Shown here: piece by piece, positions 11,440 through 24,474 of the stretch
How positions within the stretch are numbered: the stretch's first letter is position 1
How the letters are laid out: each line of letters starts with the position of its first letter
Assembly (NCBI RefSeq): GCF_964213995.1
Contig: NW_027590182.1
Span: 310,001-374,000 of the forward strand
DNA: 64,000 nucleotides
From: Mustelus asterias
Taxonomy: Eukaryota
Direction of reading: 5' to 3'
Translations under genes and position numbers: made by a program
The notes under the pieces: generated by a model
The model's database searches: none
Told to the model about the DNA's origin: nothing
Seen by the model: only the letters and a program-made list of their open reading frames with translations

Positions 11440-12633
11440 TTGTCAAACCTGGAGGGACAGACGGCCTCCCGCATCAGGGAGAAACAGTGGAAATGTGGGG
11501 ACTGCGGAAATAGATTCAAAGCACCGTGTGAGCTGGAGATTCATCGACGCAGTCACACTGGGGAGAAGCCATTCACCTGCCCTGATTGTGGGAAGGGATT
11601 CTCTCAGTTATCCAACCTGCTGACACATCAGAAAATTCACACTGGGGAGAGGCCATTCACCTGCTCTGAATGTGGGAAGGGTTTCGCTGATTCATCTCGT
11701 CTTCTGACACACGGACGCATTCACACGGGGGAGAGGCCTTTCACCTGCATTGAGTGTGGGAAGGGGTTCGGAGATTCATCCAGCCTCCGGAGACACAAGC
11801 GAGTTCACACTGGGGAGAGGTCATTCCCTTGCTCAGTGTGTGGGAAGGGATTCACTCTTTCATCCAACCTGCGGAGACACCAGCGAATACACGCCAGGGA
11901 GAAGCTGTTCAGCTGCTCAGAGTGTGGGAAGGGATTCAGTGATTCCTCTGCTCTGCAGAAGCACCAGAGAGTTCACACTGGGCAGAGGCCGTACACCTGC
12001 TCTGACTGTGGGAAGGGATTCACTCGGTCATCTCACCTGCTGATACATCAGCGAGTCCACACCGGGGAGAGGCCGTTCACCTGCACCGTGTGTGGGAAAG
12101 GATTCAGTGCATCATCTACCCTGCAGAACCACCAGGCAGTTCACACTGGGGAGAGGTCATTCACCTGCTCCGTGTGTGGGAAGGGATTCACTCAGTTATC
12201 AACCTTGCTGCGACACCAGGCAGTTCACACTGGAGAGAGGCCATTCCCCTGCTCTGTGTGTGGGAAGGGATTTACTAGGTCCACTAGTCTGCTGACACAC
12301 CAGCGAATTCACTCTGGAGAGAGACCGTTCAGTTGCACTGAGTGTGGGAAGGGATTCACTGATTCCTCCAGCCTCTGGAAACACCGGCAAGTTCACACCG
12401 GGGAGAGGCCATTCATCTGCTGTGTGTGTGGGAAGGGATTCACTGAGTCGTCCAGTCTGCGGACACACCGTCGAGTTCACACCGGAGAGAAGCCTTTCAC
12501 CTGCTCTGAATGTGGGAAGGGATTTGCTGATCCTTCCAGCCTGCGGAAACACAAGCAAGTTCACACGGAGGAGAGAGGCTGTTCACCTGCTCTGAGTGTA
12601 GGAAAGGATTCACTGAGTCATCCAACCTGCTGA
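11440..12633 (+). CDS. C2H2 zinc-finger ORF C, 13 intact fingers, lacking an in-frame ATG
   Basis: 13 C-x2-C...H-x3-H units. The family start ATG reads AGG (11476-11478). Frameshift after finger 13 (about 12570). Array cut by an LTR near 12687. Coding status uncertain. Confidence 0.65.
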   Translation: MSNLEGQTASRIREKQWKCGDCGNRFKAPCELEIHRRSHTGEKPFTCPDCGKGFSQLSNLLTHQKIHTGERPFTCSECGKGFADSSRLLTHGRIHTGERPFTCIECGKGFGDSSSLRRHKRVHTGERSFPCSVCGKGFTLSSNLRRHQRIHAREKLFSCSECGKGFSDSSALQKHQRVHTGQRPYTCSDCGKGFTRSSHLLIHQRVHTGERPFTCTVCGKGFSASSTLQNHQAVHTGERSFTCSVCGKGFTQLSTLLRHQAVHTGERPFPCSVCGKGFTRSTSLLTHQRIHSGERPFSCTECGKGFTDSSSLWKHRQVHTGERPFICCVCGKGFTESSSLRTHRRVHTGEKPFTCSECGKGFADPSSLRKHKQVHTEERGCSPALSVGKDSLSHPTC

Positions 12634-12686
12634 GACATTATGGCAGTCACACCGATTAGAGACCTTTTAAATACTCTGCCTGTGGG

Positions 12687-13520
12687 CGTTAATTGTATAA
12701 TTTGGGGTTAAATATATACAAGCAGTGGACATTGATTAGATGTTTACATGAGCACATATAGACACTTACTGACAGAGCATGGAATGGTATTAGGAGTTAT
12801 ATACCAGTAATGTTTCACTCTGTGAATAAATCTATACCAAGTAAAGATTGGAACCAGTTTCCTCCTTCACCATAAGACGGTCAGGATTATAACGTGGTGA
12901 CAGAGAATGTTTAAAAATACATGAAGTTTCCAATCTGAATGTTTTAGAAGGAATAATGATAGCTTTGATAAAAATCAAAGGGAAAGATGCAAATTATCTT
13001 AAAACTACACAGACAATTTGTTCACACTTTTTGCCAAAGATTAAAAGTCTTGCTTCAAGATGCAGGAGCAGTTGATGAAGAGTATCTGAGACTCATACAA
13101 GAGACTAGTGCAAAGTGTACAATGTATAAAAATTATTGGAGGATGTCATCACATCCCAACAGTGAACCTTCCCTTGGCCCTTGGGGCTGGAGCTGTGGCA
13201 CCAGCTCAGTTTCTGAATGATGAGTTTTGAGACGTGTGTGAAAACATGAACATTCTGGTCAGGAACACGGCAGCTGAAAGCCCTTTCAGTGATGGACTCT
13301 GTGAAAGGAATCACACGGTGATCGATGAAATGCTGCAGGAAATCTCAGCTGATCAGCCAAACTGCAAGTTGATAGCTGCACCGGCCTGGACGATTCATGT
13401 AAAGAATTCACTTCAGGTGGTTGGAGAGTATAATCCCTGTTAATTGGTCTGTGGGAAAAATTCCAAATGACCCTCTGTGCTGGGGATAGTCCTCCTGATT
13501 TAGAAGGGATGACAATTAGT
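12687..13520 (+). mobile_element. Copia-type (GalEa-like) LTR retrotransposon remnant
   Basis: About 208-bp LTR-like segment 12687-12894 with aataaa. PBS-like tggtgacagagaatg at 12895 resembles the tRNA-iMet complement TGGTAGCAGAGGATG. Integrase remnants LKLHRQFVH and TAAESPFSDGLCERNHTVIDEML. Clade assignment is from recalled motifs. Confidence 0.65.
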
Positions 13521-14256
13521 ACAATTTTTATTCATTTATTGTCTGATTGTTTCACTGGTGCTCGAGCTAAGAAATTATTGTAGATCCTCGATGAGGGGTG
13601 TCTTATAGTGTAATACTTTGTACAAAATAAAGACCATCATGTTTTTATTTTTCAAATTGTTTTGAAATATTGTGTGTTGTTATAATTCGGGTCGAGAACA
13701 TTAACGTTCAGTGAGAAATCCAAACACCCATCACAAGATTCCAGGTTTTTAAACAAAATCAAACTTTACTGAATATAAACAGAATATTAAAAACCAGCTC
13801 GATGAATCATATTTTGTAAAGATTTATGCTGTAAACTCAGTTCTGACTCAAAACATGAACTCTGTTTTCACTCTCTACAGATGCTGCCAGACCTGCTGAG
13901 ATTTTGCAGCATTTTTCCTTTTTTGTACTTTTTAAACCCTTACTCCTCGACAAGAATGCCCTTATACTTAATATCTTGAATGTACATTCACTTCTGTTCC
14001 TGGGACAAATCCCAAAGGTATGTCAAAGCTCCCAGAATTAACTTTAATTCTCCTCAGTATTCCAGCTATTCTCCAGGCTCCAAGATTTCATGAGGATCCT
14101 TCTATTAGCTTTTGGCTAAACAACTCTCCAACTTTCCTTTGTGATTTCAAAATTGACTCAAAACATGGACTTCTCAATCCAAGCATGGGCTTTACTGCCT
14201 TCTTGCTGAGAGATTGATACAATAGGAACACCCATGGTTCCTAATGACCTCCTCGG

Positions 14257-14376
14257 CTCCCGGTCCCACAGCTGGTTCACAGCTCCCGCTCCCACAGCTG
14301 GTTCACAGCTCCCGCTCCCACAGCTGGTTCACAGCTCCCGCTCCCACAGCTGGTTCACAGCTCCCGGTCCCACAGC
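14257..14376. repeat. 26-bp minisatellite, about 4.6 copies
   Basis: Unit CTCCCG(C/G)TCCCACAGCTGGTTCACAG. Confidence 0.95.
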
Positions 14377-15589
14377 TCCCAAGCTAACTGCAGACTGCCT
14401 GCTTTCTGTGAAAAACATCAAGAAATCCAACCCACACCATCCTGAATCACTTATCCTCATGGTACCAGACCAGGAGGGATGTCCAAAAGATGTTTAAATT
14501 AATTAACTTTTAGTTTCAGAACCAAACCTTTTTTCTTGAGGTCTGCGTGAAGAATTCCCCTCTCGAACAAAGACAGGAAAAACAGTTGTCAGACCCAATG
14601 TCTCCAGCTAAAAGAGCCCAGCTGCCGTGTTACACTTGTTCTTACCCTTCGAGCTTTGACTTCTCAAACCAATATGGGCCACACCTTGTGACTGCAAATT
14701 CCCTCAGGGTGTTTTTATCAGATTCTGAAACCAGGTTTTCCAGTTGTTACATTTTTTTAAAAATCCAAAATTAATATTTCTGAAACACATGAATTATTAA
14801 ACTAGATCTTCACAACATATTCCCAGGAAGAAATGAAAATGTATCACTCTATAATATCCCAATTAGAATATTACAATGTAAAGCATACTGTATATCTTAA
14901 CAACAGTCATGATCTAATCGAATTGTGGAGCCGGCTCAAAGGGCCAAATGGCCAACTCCTGTTCCTAAATCCACTGTTTTCCTCTGTTGATCTATCTTAT
15001 AACCTGCAATAGACATAATAATCCCTCCATTGTCCACTTCACATTCACAAGTCCAGCTTGGTAACAGCACACTGCTGGGTTCCATGTCCAGGAATCTCAC
15101 TCCACTGAAGATGGAAAATATTATTGCTTGTAGTGTTTTCTGAAAGTTTTCTTCTTTCAATAATTATAGTAATTTTTACTAATTATAGTTTCTTCTGCAA
15201 GAGGACAGTCCTCATTGCTGTTCAGTTGTGGATTTCCAATTCTGAAAACAGTCTGTTCAGAGTTCACATTTTGAACTTCACTTTCTTCCATGTTTGTAGC
15301 TCCTCCATTGTTTAAATCCAGAGAGAATATTCCAGTCAATTCCACATTGAAATGTCTTCTTCTTGCTCTGTTGTAGCTGCAGCTTCATTTTTAACTCCAC
15401 TTCCCAGACTCAAACATTCTGGATTCTCTTTTGGAGAGAGCAAGTTCAAAATGGCTTCTTTCTGTTCCTTCATTGGACAAAATCTTCTTTAGCCACTTTA
15501 AGAATGTTGTTAAAATGCTTTTTATGTTAAGCAAAAAGGTCTGATATTCTTGTTTGGAGCATTTTGGATCTTGGACTTCAGAAATCGGG

Positions 15590-15970
15590 GAATTGAGAAC
15601 AGAAGCAGGGAATTTATTCTGATAGTTTCTAAAGCTCTGGTGAGGCCACAACAGAATACTGAGCCCAGTTCTGGTCACCACACTTTAGGAAGGATGTGAG
15701 GGTCCTTGAGAGAATCGAGAGGAGATTTACCCCACAATGGTTCCAGAGATGAGGAAGATGACGCGAATGTGGAACTTGCTACCAGTGAGTGGTTGAGGTG
15801 AACAGCATGAATACATTGAAGGGGAAGCTAGATACATAAATGAGGGAGAAAGGAATAGAAGGATATGCTGAGGGGGGGAGATGAAGAGGGGGGTGGGTGG
15901 AGGCTCATGTGGAGCATAAATACTGACACAGACCAATTGGGCCGACTGGCCTGGCCCTGTGCTGTAGACT
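15590..15970 (+). mobile_element. CR1 LINE 3' fragments
   Basis: ctggtgaggccaca...cagttctggtcaccacactttaggaaggatgtg (LVRPH..QFWSPH..KDV) and a 3' UTR remnant. Confidence 0.7.
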
Positions 15971-16210
15971 CACTGGAACAGAGACAAATGTATTTATTTT
16001 AGATTTACCTCGTGTTTGTGGATCATCTCACTAAAATGTGCACTCCCAAATTCAAACAGCATCGACCCACTGGCAGCAAAGCCATGAGGTTGGTCAGTCC
16101 AGCAGAAAGAAACCCTCCAACCCTCTCACTTCAGCAACTGTCAGAATGAACATGGTTCAGTCCTGGATGTGATCAACAGCAGCAAGAACAGCAGAATCCA
16201 ACTCCTGTAA

Positions 16211-17040
16211 TCACTTGTGAATTCGCTGGTGTCTTAGCAGGTGAGACGACCGTTTAAATCTATTCCCACAGTCAGAGCAGCTGAACGGCCTCTCCCCAGT
16301 GTGAACTCGCTGGTGTGTGAGCAGATTGGAGATCTGAGTAAATCCCTTCCCACAGTCAGAGCAGGTGAAGGGTGTCTCCCCAGTGTGAACTCGCTGGTGT
16401 GCCAGCAGGGTGGAGGAATGACTGAAACCCTTCCCGCACACAGGGTGACTCCCCAGTGTGAACTCGCTGGTGTATTAGCAGTTGGGATGATGTTCTAAAT
16501 CTCTTCACGCAGTAAGAGCAGCTGAACGGTCTGTCCTCAGTGTGAATGCGCTGGTGGCCCATCAGAGTCTGAGAGCTTTTGAAGCTACGCTCACAGTCAG
16601 AGCATTTAAATGGTCTCTCATTCGTGTGGGTGACACGGTGTGTCTGCAGGGTGGATGAATGACTGAATCCCTTCCCACACACACAGCAGGTGAACGGCCT
16701 CTCCCCAGAGTGAACTCGCTGGTGCCTCCACAGGGTGGAACGATCACTGAATCCTTTCCCACAGTCTGAGCAGGCGAAAGGTCTCTCCCCGGTATGAACT
16801 CGCTGGTGCGTCAGCAGGCTGGATAACTGAGTGAATCCTTTCTCACACACAGAGCAGGTGAACGGCCTCTCCCCAGAGTGAACTCGCTGGTGTCTCAGCA
16901 GGGTGGTTGATATACTGAATCCCTTCCTACACACGGAGCAGGTGAACGGCCTCTCCCCAGTATGAATTCGCCAGTGTGTCCAGTGCAGATGGGCACTGGA
17001 ATCCCTTCCCACAGTCCCCACACTTCCATGGTGTCTCCAT
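16211..17040 (-). pseudogene. C2H2 zinc-finger pseudogene D (about 10 fingers, two frameshifts)
   Basis: ATG of [10 protein letters not shown] at 17040. Frameshift near 16975 and a deletion/frameshift near 16445 split it into ORFs 16356..17093 and 16211..16441. Confidence 0.85.
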
Positions 17041-17929
17041 GGTGCCAGTGTCCTTTTGATAATCAGTCGATTCCACATCCAAGTACAGAACACGTGTACA
17101 GTTTCTCCTCGCTGTGAATGGGGTGACGTTTTTCAGGCTGTGTTACTGGTTGAAGCTCTTTCCACAGTCAGTTCACTGGAACACTCTCACTCAGGTGTGT
17201 GGGGTCTCCATTCTTGTCCAGTCACACTGATGTTTGAAATCTTTTCCCACAGACAGAACAAACAAACATTTCTTCTCATACATTCAAACGGCAATTATAT
17301 TCAGGTCCTGATGAATCCAGTGACTTTGTAACATCTTGTTGTGACGTTTGGTGTGAGATTTCAGTCTGTAAATTCTCTCCTTCTAATATCCTGTTTATAG
17401 AAGTTATCAGTGTAAGTACAGGACTGAAATTCAAAACAGACCATTCTAGTTTCCATGGAATATTCTTTGTTTTCTCATTCCCTAAAGTTGTAAATCTCCA
17501 TCCCACACACCCTCCCCCCATTGTCATACTGCTGTACCTCATACACACCCTCCCAATTCTCCTGAAGGTGCTGATTCAGGCTGATTGACAGACCCATGCT
17601 CCTGTCCAGTACAAAGAGACCTGAAAATCTTCATGCAGGCGGCTACCCAATGTCCACATTACTAAACATATCATTGATCAGCAATAGAAAGGAGATGTGA
17701 GGACCAATTTTATTCACGAGTGGTCACGACCTGACCTCACTGCTTCTGTGCATGGTGGAATCAGAAATGATCAATGATTTGAAAAATAAATCAGATAGGT
17801 GTGAAGGAATTAAAAAGGGAACAGAGTTATGGAGGGGAAATGGGACTGAGTGGATTGATGTACAGAGAGTCAGCATGGACTTCTTCCAACTACCACTGGA
17901 ATATATACAAAATTTCAGGCAATGTAGTG

Positions 17930-19468
17930 GAAGACACACCCTGTCTACATCAACGGTGACAAAGTGGAAATGGTTGAGAGCTCAAGTTTCTCGGTGTTCA
18001 GATCACAACAACCTGTCCTGGTCCCTCGAAACTGCTGCTTTAGTTAAGAAAGCCCACCAACGCCTCGACCTTCTCAGGAGGCTAAGGAAATTTGACATGC
18101 CAACATATCAGCTACGACTCTCACCAATTTTTACAGGGACACCACAAAAAGCATCCCATCCAGCTGTATCACAGCTTGGTATTGCTGCTGCTCTGACCAA
18201 GAGCGCAAGAAGCTACAAGGGGTGCGAATGTGGCCCAGTCCATCACGCAAATCAGCCTCTTATCCATTGACACTGTCTACATTTCCTATTGCCTCAGAAA
18301 AGCAGCCAGCATAATCAAGGACCCCACGTATCCTGGACATTCTCTTTTCTCTCTTCTTCCGTCGGGAAAAAGATACAAAAGTCTGAGGTCACACACCAAC
18401 TGACTCAAGAACAGGTTCTTCCCTGCTGCCACCAGACTTTTACAAACAAAGAACAAAGAAAATTACAGCACAGGAACAGGCCCTTCGACCTTTCAAGCCT
18501 GCACCGACCATGCTGCCCAACTGAACTAAAACCCCCTACCCTTCCGGGAACCATATCCCTCCATTCCCATCCTATTCATGTATTTGTCAAGATGCCCCTT
18601 AAAAGTCACTGTCATATCTGCTTCCACTATCTCCCCCGGCAGCAAGTTCCAGGCACCCACCACCCTCTGTGTAAAAAACCTGCCTCATACATCTCCATTA
18701 AACCTTGCCCCTCACACATTAAACTTGTGTCCCCTAGTAAGTGACTCTTCCATCCTGGGAAAAACTTTCTGATATCCACTCTGTCCATGCGGCATGGTAG
18801 CATAGTGGTTAGCACCACTGCTTCACAGCTCCAGGGACCCGGGTTCGATTCCCGGCTTTGGTTACTGTCTGTGTGGAGTTTGCACATTCTCCTCGTGTCT
18901 GCGTGGGTTTCCTCCCACAGTCCAAAGATGTGCAGGTTAGGTTGATTGGCCGTGCTAAAATTGCCCCTTAGTGTCCCAAGATGCGTAGGTTAGAGGGATT
19001 AATGGGTAAATATGTAGGGATGTGGGGGTAGGGCCTGGGTGGGATTGTGGTTGATGCAGACTCGATGGGCCAAATGGCCTCTTTCTGCACTGTTGGGTTT
19101 CTATGATTCTGCGCCCCTCATAATCTTGTAGACTTCTGTCAGGTCGCCCCTCAACCTCCATCGTTCCAGTGAGAACAAACCAAGTTTCTCCAACCTCTCC
19201 TCATAACTAGTGCCCTCCATACCAGGCAACATCCTGGTAAATCTTTTCTGTACCCTCTCCAAAGCCTCCTCCTTTTGAATGGACCTACCTCATATTAAGC
19301 TGATCTTTCTCTTCACCCTTTCTGTAACTGTCACACTATATTCTGCACTCTCTCCTTTCCTACTCCCCTATGTACTCTATGAACAGTATGCTTTGTCTGT
19401 ATACCGCGCAAGAAACAATACTTTTCACTGTATCCCAATACATGTGACAATAATAAATCAAATCAAAC
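17930..19468 (+). mobile_element. Rex1/Babar LINE fragment with nested CR1 (-, about 18443-19270), which itself contains an HE1-like SINE (+, about 18790-19110)
   Basis: NNLSWS...LVKKAHQRLDLLRRLRKF. 3' tail aataaatcaaatcaaa at 19452-19467. The Rex1 sequence resumes at about 19275 after the CR1. Confidence 0.8.
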
Positions 19469-19479
19469 CCATTGCTGCA

Positions 19480-20215
19480 TTTCCTTCCTGAAGCCACATT
19501 TGTCCACTGGGGCCTGGCCCCGGGAGAAAGCGCTGCAGCTGCCGTTGTGTTGGGTGTAGAGGCGGTGCCGCTAGTTCCTTATTGGGGGTGTTGAAGCCTC
19601 CACTGGGTGTGTGGAGCCTCCCCTCCCACCCACCCACTGCCCCTAACGCTGCCTCCGCTTATCCGCCTCCTTCCCGCCTGAAGATCAGACAAACAAGCGC
19701 CTGTTCCTGGACATGAGCCGCACTGCGCATGCCCAACGTCACAATGCCCGGGGACTGATTGACGGCGGCTCCGGGCCAATAGGGAAAGGGGGCGGGGCTG
19801 GAGGACTGAGCGGGAGAGGCTGGTCCTCCAACCAGAGTGAATAGGGGAGGGGTCTGAAGCATGCGCAGTGTGGGTAATGGCGGCGGACGGACGGTTTTAA
19901 CTTGGAGCCGAGATCAGTTCAAGGTAGAGAACGGCGCGCAGGGAGCGATGAATGTGGTGGGTGGGTGGAGAGGCTTCGTAAACATGTTGTTCAAATCCAA
20001 ACTTCGGAAAATAACTTCTCGGGCGTCCTGTTGGTACCAAATTGGAGGCAACTTGTCGTGTTGGGCCTGGGCTGACGGCCGCCAATCTGTCGTTGGCAAT
20101 GTCCATCAGTGCGCATGTGCGGCCGGCATCTTTGTCAGGGGCGAAGTGTCGCAGCGGGCAGGCGCGGAAGCCATATTTGTAGGGGGCAGTAGGGCGCAGG
20201 AGCGGCGACCTTTGT
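19480..20215. promoter_or_regulatory. Candidate bidirectional promoter P2 (type 2) between ZF D (-) and ZF E (+)
   Basis: CpG island-like. NRF1-like TGCGCATGC at about 19724 and 19859, YY1-like AATGGCGGC at about 19876, CCAAT at 19776, GC box at about 19789. Inverted homolog at 61070-61500. Confidence 0.7.
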
Positions 20216-20505
20216 GACCTGAACCCCCTGCAGTACATGTGGTGTAGGTACATCCACACTGCTGGTAGGGAGGGAATTCCAGCATTTTGTCCCAGCGACT
20301 GCGAAGGAATTGCGATGTATTTCCAAGTCAGGATGGTGAGTGACTTGGAGGGGAGTTTGCAGCTGGTGGTGTTCCCATGCCTCTGTTGCCTTTGTCCTTT
20401 TAGATGGAAGTGGTTGTGTGTTTGGAAGGTGCTGTCTAAGGACCTTTGGTGAATTCTTGCAGTGCGTCTTGTAGATAGTACACACGGCTGCCACTGAGCT
20501 TCGGT
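20215..20505 (-). mobile_element. CR1-group LINE ORF2 C-terminal fragment (second family)
   Basis: SFAVAGTKCWNSLP motif in ORF 20135..20494. Related sequence at 50570-50667. Confidence 0.65.
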
Positions 20506-20509
20506 GAGA

Positions 20510-22610
20510 GGAACTTGTTCCCCATTGTTCAGAATGGAGACAACTTGTCCTTCAAACTGCATAAACCCTGTAAGGATGAAGAATAAGTATGGCAAGTTTT
20601 GGGACCCTTGGATAACAAGTGATATTGTGAGCTGAGTCAAAGAGAAAAAGGAAGCATTTGTCAAGGCTAGGAGGCTGGGAACACACAAAGCAAGTGTGGA
20701 ATATAAAGAAATTAGAAAGAAACTTAAGCAAGGAGTGAGGAGGGATAAAAGGGGTCATGAAAAATCATTGGCCAGCAGGATTAAGGAAAATTCCAAGGCT
20801 TTTTATACATATATAAAGAGCAAGAGGGTAGCCAGGGAGAGGGTTGGCCCACTCAAGGACAAGGGAGGGAATCTATGCATGGAGCCAGAGGAAATGGGCG
20901 AGGTATTAAATTAGTACTTTGCGTCAGTATTCACCAAAGAGAAGGACTTGGTGGGTGATGAATCCGGGAAAGGGTGTGTAGATTGTTTGAGTCATGTTGA
21001 GATCAAGAAGGAGGTGGTATTGGGACTCTTGAGTCCCCAGGGCCTGATGGGATATACCCCAAAATACTGAGAGAAGCAAGGGAGGAAATTGCTGGGACCT
21101 TGAGAGAAATCTTTGTATCCTCACTGGCTACAGGGGAGGTCCCAGCGGATTGGAGAATAGCCAATGTTGTTCCTTTGTTTAAGAAGGGTAGCAAGAATAA
21201 TCCAGGTAATTACAGGCCGGTGAGCCTTACATCAGTGGTAGGGAAATTATTGGAGAGGATTCTTCAAGATAGGATTTACTCCCACTTGGAAATAAGTGGA
21301 CTTATTAGCAAGAGGCAACCTGGTTTTGTGAAGGGGAGGTCAGGTCTCTCTAACTTGATCGGGTTTTTCGAGGAAGTGACGAAGATGATTAATGAGGGTA
21401 GGGCAGTGGATGTTGTCTACATGGAGTTCAGAAAGGCCTTTGACAAGGTCCCTCATGGCAGACTGGTGCAGAAAGTGAAGTCACATGGGATCAGAGTGAG
21501 CTGGCAAGGTGGATACAGAACTGGCTTGGTCATAGATGACAGAGGGTAGCAGTGGAAGGGTGCATTTCTGAATGGAGGGCTGTGACAAGTAGCGTTCATC
21601 GGGGATCAGTGCTGGGACCTTTGCTGTTCATATATATATATATATATATATATGATTTAGAAGAAAATGTAACTGGTTTGATTAGTAAGTTTGCGGATGA
21701 CACAAAGTTTGGTGGATTTGTGGATTGCGATGAGGACCATCAGAGGATACAGCAGAATATAGATCGGTCGGAGACTTGGGCGGACAGATGGCAGATGGAG
21801 TTTAATCCGGACAAATGTGAGGTAATGCATTTTGGAAAGTTTAATAAAGATAGGAAATGTACAGTAAATGGCAGAACCCTTAAGAGTATCGATAGGCAGA
21901 GGGATCTGGGTGTACAGGTACACAGGTCACTGAAAGTGGCAACGCATGTGGAGAAGGTAGTCAAGAAGACATGCGGCATGCGTATGTCTTCATCGACCGG
22001 GGCATTGAGTTTTAAAAATTGGCAAGTCATGTTGCAGCTTTATAGAACCTTAGTTAGGCAGCACTTGGAATCTAGTGTTCAATTCTGGTCGCCACACTAC
22101 CCGAAGGGTGTGGAGGTTTTGGAGAGGGTACAGAAAAGATTTACCAGGATGTTGCCTGGTGTGGAGGGCATTAGCTACGAGGAGAGGTTGGAGAAACTTG
22201 GTTTTGTTCTCAATGGAACGACAGAGGTTGAGGAGTGACCTGATAGAAGTCGACAAGATTGAGGGGCATGGACAGAGTGGATAGTCAGAAGCTTTTTCTC
22301 AAGGTGGAAGAGTCAAATACTGGGGGGCACAGGTTTACGGTGTGAGGGGCAAGGTTTAAAGGAGATGTACGATGCAAGGTTTTTACAGAGGGTGGTGGGT
22401 GCCTGGAACTTGCTGCCGGGGGAGGTAATGGAAGCAGATACGATAGTGAGTTTTAAGGGGCATCTGGATAAATACATGAATAGGATGGGAATAGAGGGAT
22501 ATGATCCCCGGAAGGATAAGGGATTTTAGTTCAGTTGGGCAGCATGGTCGGTGCAGGCTTGGAGGGCCAAAGGGCCTGTTCCTGTGCAGTATTTTTCTTT
22601 GTTCTTTGCT
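20510..22610 (+). mobile_element. CR1 LINE, 5'-truncated, frameshifted ORF2
   Basis: WRIANVVPLFKKG..NYRPVSLTS and KFADDTK in ORFs 21100..21549 and 21552..22238. 3' tail near 22600. (TA)n at 21630-21653. Confidence 0.95.
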
Positions 22611-22714
22611 CTCTGAGTCCCACTGTCTTATTGATCAGACAGAGCGGTGGCAGCGCAGGAAAGAAAAGGAAACAAATCCTGCTCTCCGAATCCCACTCCC
22701 TCATGGAATGTCCT

Positions 22715-23960
22715 AGCATCATAGAATTCCTACAGAGCAGAAGGAGGCCATTTGGCCATCGAGGCTGCATCAACTACAATCCCATCAAGGACCTATCCCC
22801 ATAACCCCATACATTTACCCTGGCTAGTCCCCCTGACAGTAAGGGACAATTTAGCATGGCCAATCCACCTAATCCGGACATCTTTTTGGCTAAGTATTTA
22901 TAGATCTGTGGGTTTGTTCAGTCACATGAAGAACCATGGTGAAACTCACGACCCTAAGTAGACGCGAGCATCACGGTGGCACAGTGGTTAGCACTTCTGC
23001 CTCACAGTGCCAGGGATCCAGTTTCCGTTCCTGGCTTGGGTGACTTAAGTTAATTTATTTATTAGTGTCACAAGTAAGCTTACTTTAACACTGCAAATTA
23101 ATTACTGTGAAATTCTGTGGAGTTCATACGTTCTCCTCGCATCTGTGTGGGTTTCCTCCGGGTGCTCCAGTTTCCCCCCCACAGTCCGAAGATGTGCAGG
23201 TTAGGTGGATTGACCATGATAAATTTCCCCTTAGTTTCCCAAGATGTGGAGATAAGGGGACTTGGCTAAGATAAATCTGTGAGGCTACGGGGATAGCTCA
23301 TAGAATCATAGAGGTTTACAGCATGGAAACAGGCCCTTCGGCCCAATTTGTCCATGCCGCCCTTTTTTTAAAAACCCCTAAGCCAGTCCCAATTGCCTGC
23401 ATTTGGCCCATATCCCTCTATACCCATCTTACCCATGGAACTGTCTAAACGCTTTTTAAAAGACAAAATTGTACCCGCCTCTACTACTACCTCTGGCAGC
23501 TAGTTCCAGACACTCACCACCCTCTGCGTGAAAAAATTGCCCCTCTGGACCCTTTTGTATCTCTCCCCTCTCACCTTTAACCTATGCCCTCTCGTTTTAG
23601 ATTCCCCTACCTTTGGGAAAAGATATTATCGATCTAGCTGATCTATGCCCCTCATTATTTTATAGACCTCTATAAGACCACCCTTCTGCTTCCTACGCTC
23701 CAGAGAAAAAAGTCCCAGTCTATCCAGCCTCTCCTTCTAACTCAAACCACCAAGTCCCGTTAGCATCCAAGTAAATCATTCTTCCTAGTTTAATAATATC
23801 CTTTCTATAATAGGGTGACCAGAACTGTACACAGTATTCCAAGTGTGGGCCTTACCAATGTCTTGAGTGGGCAAGAGGGCCTGGGTAAAGTACTCTGTCA
23901 GAGAGTCAGTGTCGACTCAATGGGTCGAATGGCCTCCTCCTGCACTGTAGGGATTCGATG
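22715..23960. mobile_element. SINE/CR1 nest: HE1-like 3' part (-, 22715-22890) and HE1-like SINE (+, about 22968-23960) split by a CR1 3' end (-, about 23298-23865)
   Basis: V-domain at 23115-23190. SINE tail resumes at about 23875. CR1 3' UTR catagaatcatagagg at 23299. Confidence 0.75.
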
Positions 23961-24474
23961 ATGATAAATATCATCCTCAAATTGAGGGACTGTTGACAAT
24001 GACGACAATCAAGGCGCAACAGGGAGTTAGTGTGGATATCCTGGTCTTAGGAGAATCTGTTAAAATCCTGGTTTATTTGTACAAATATAAAATCCCTCTC
24101 CTCTGTTCTGCTCCCAAATCCTCTCTCACTTTCCTCCCCTCAAAGAGGACAGAGTCTTGTGAAGACCCAGACTGTGTGGCAGCTTCCCTTCCCTGAAGAA
24201 CATCAGTGAGTCAGTTGTGTTTTATATGACAATCCAGCAGTTTTTATGGTCACTCTTTCCCAGTGCCGGCCCCACAAATTACTGCATTCATTCAGCTCCA
24301 TTTCACAACCTGTTTTTGTGGGTTCTCTCTCACTCACTCTTTTCTGTTTTAAATCAGTTTTATAGGGTCTTCAAAGGGGAAGGTTTGTATTCGGGAGACG
24401 GGAAACCAAACATCACATCAGGATCTGACAAAGTTGCCCAAGTTATTGTAATTGAATATCATCGAGTATTGAAC

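Noticed and set aside
14257-14376. CRISPR-like array
   Set aside because: Head-to-tail repeats with no unique spacers, in eukaryotic DNA with no cas genes.
21630-21653. (TA)n tract in CR1
   Set aside because: Ordinary microsatellite expansion of the IYI codons in a dead copy.
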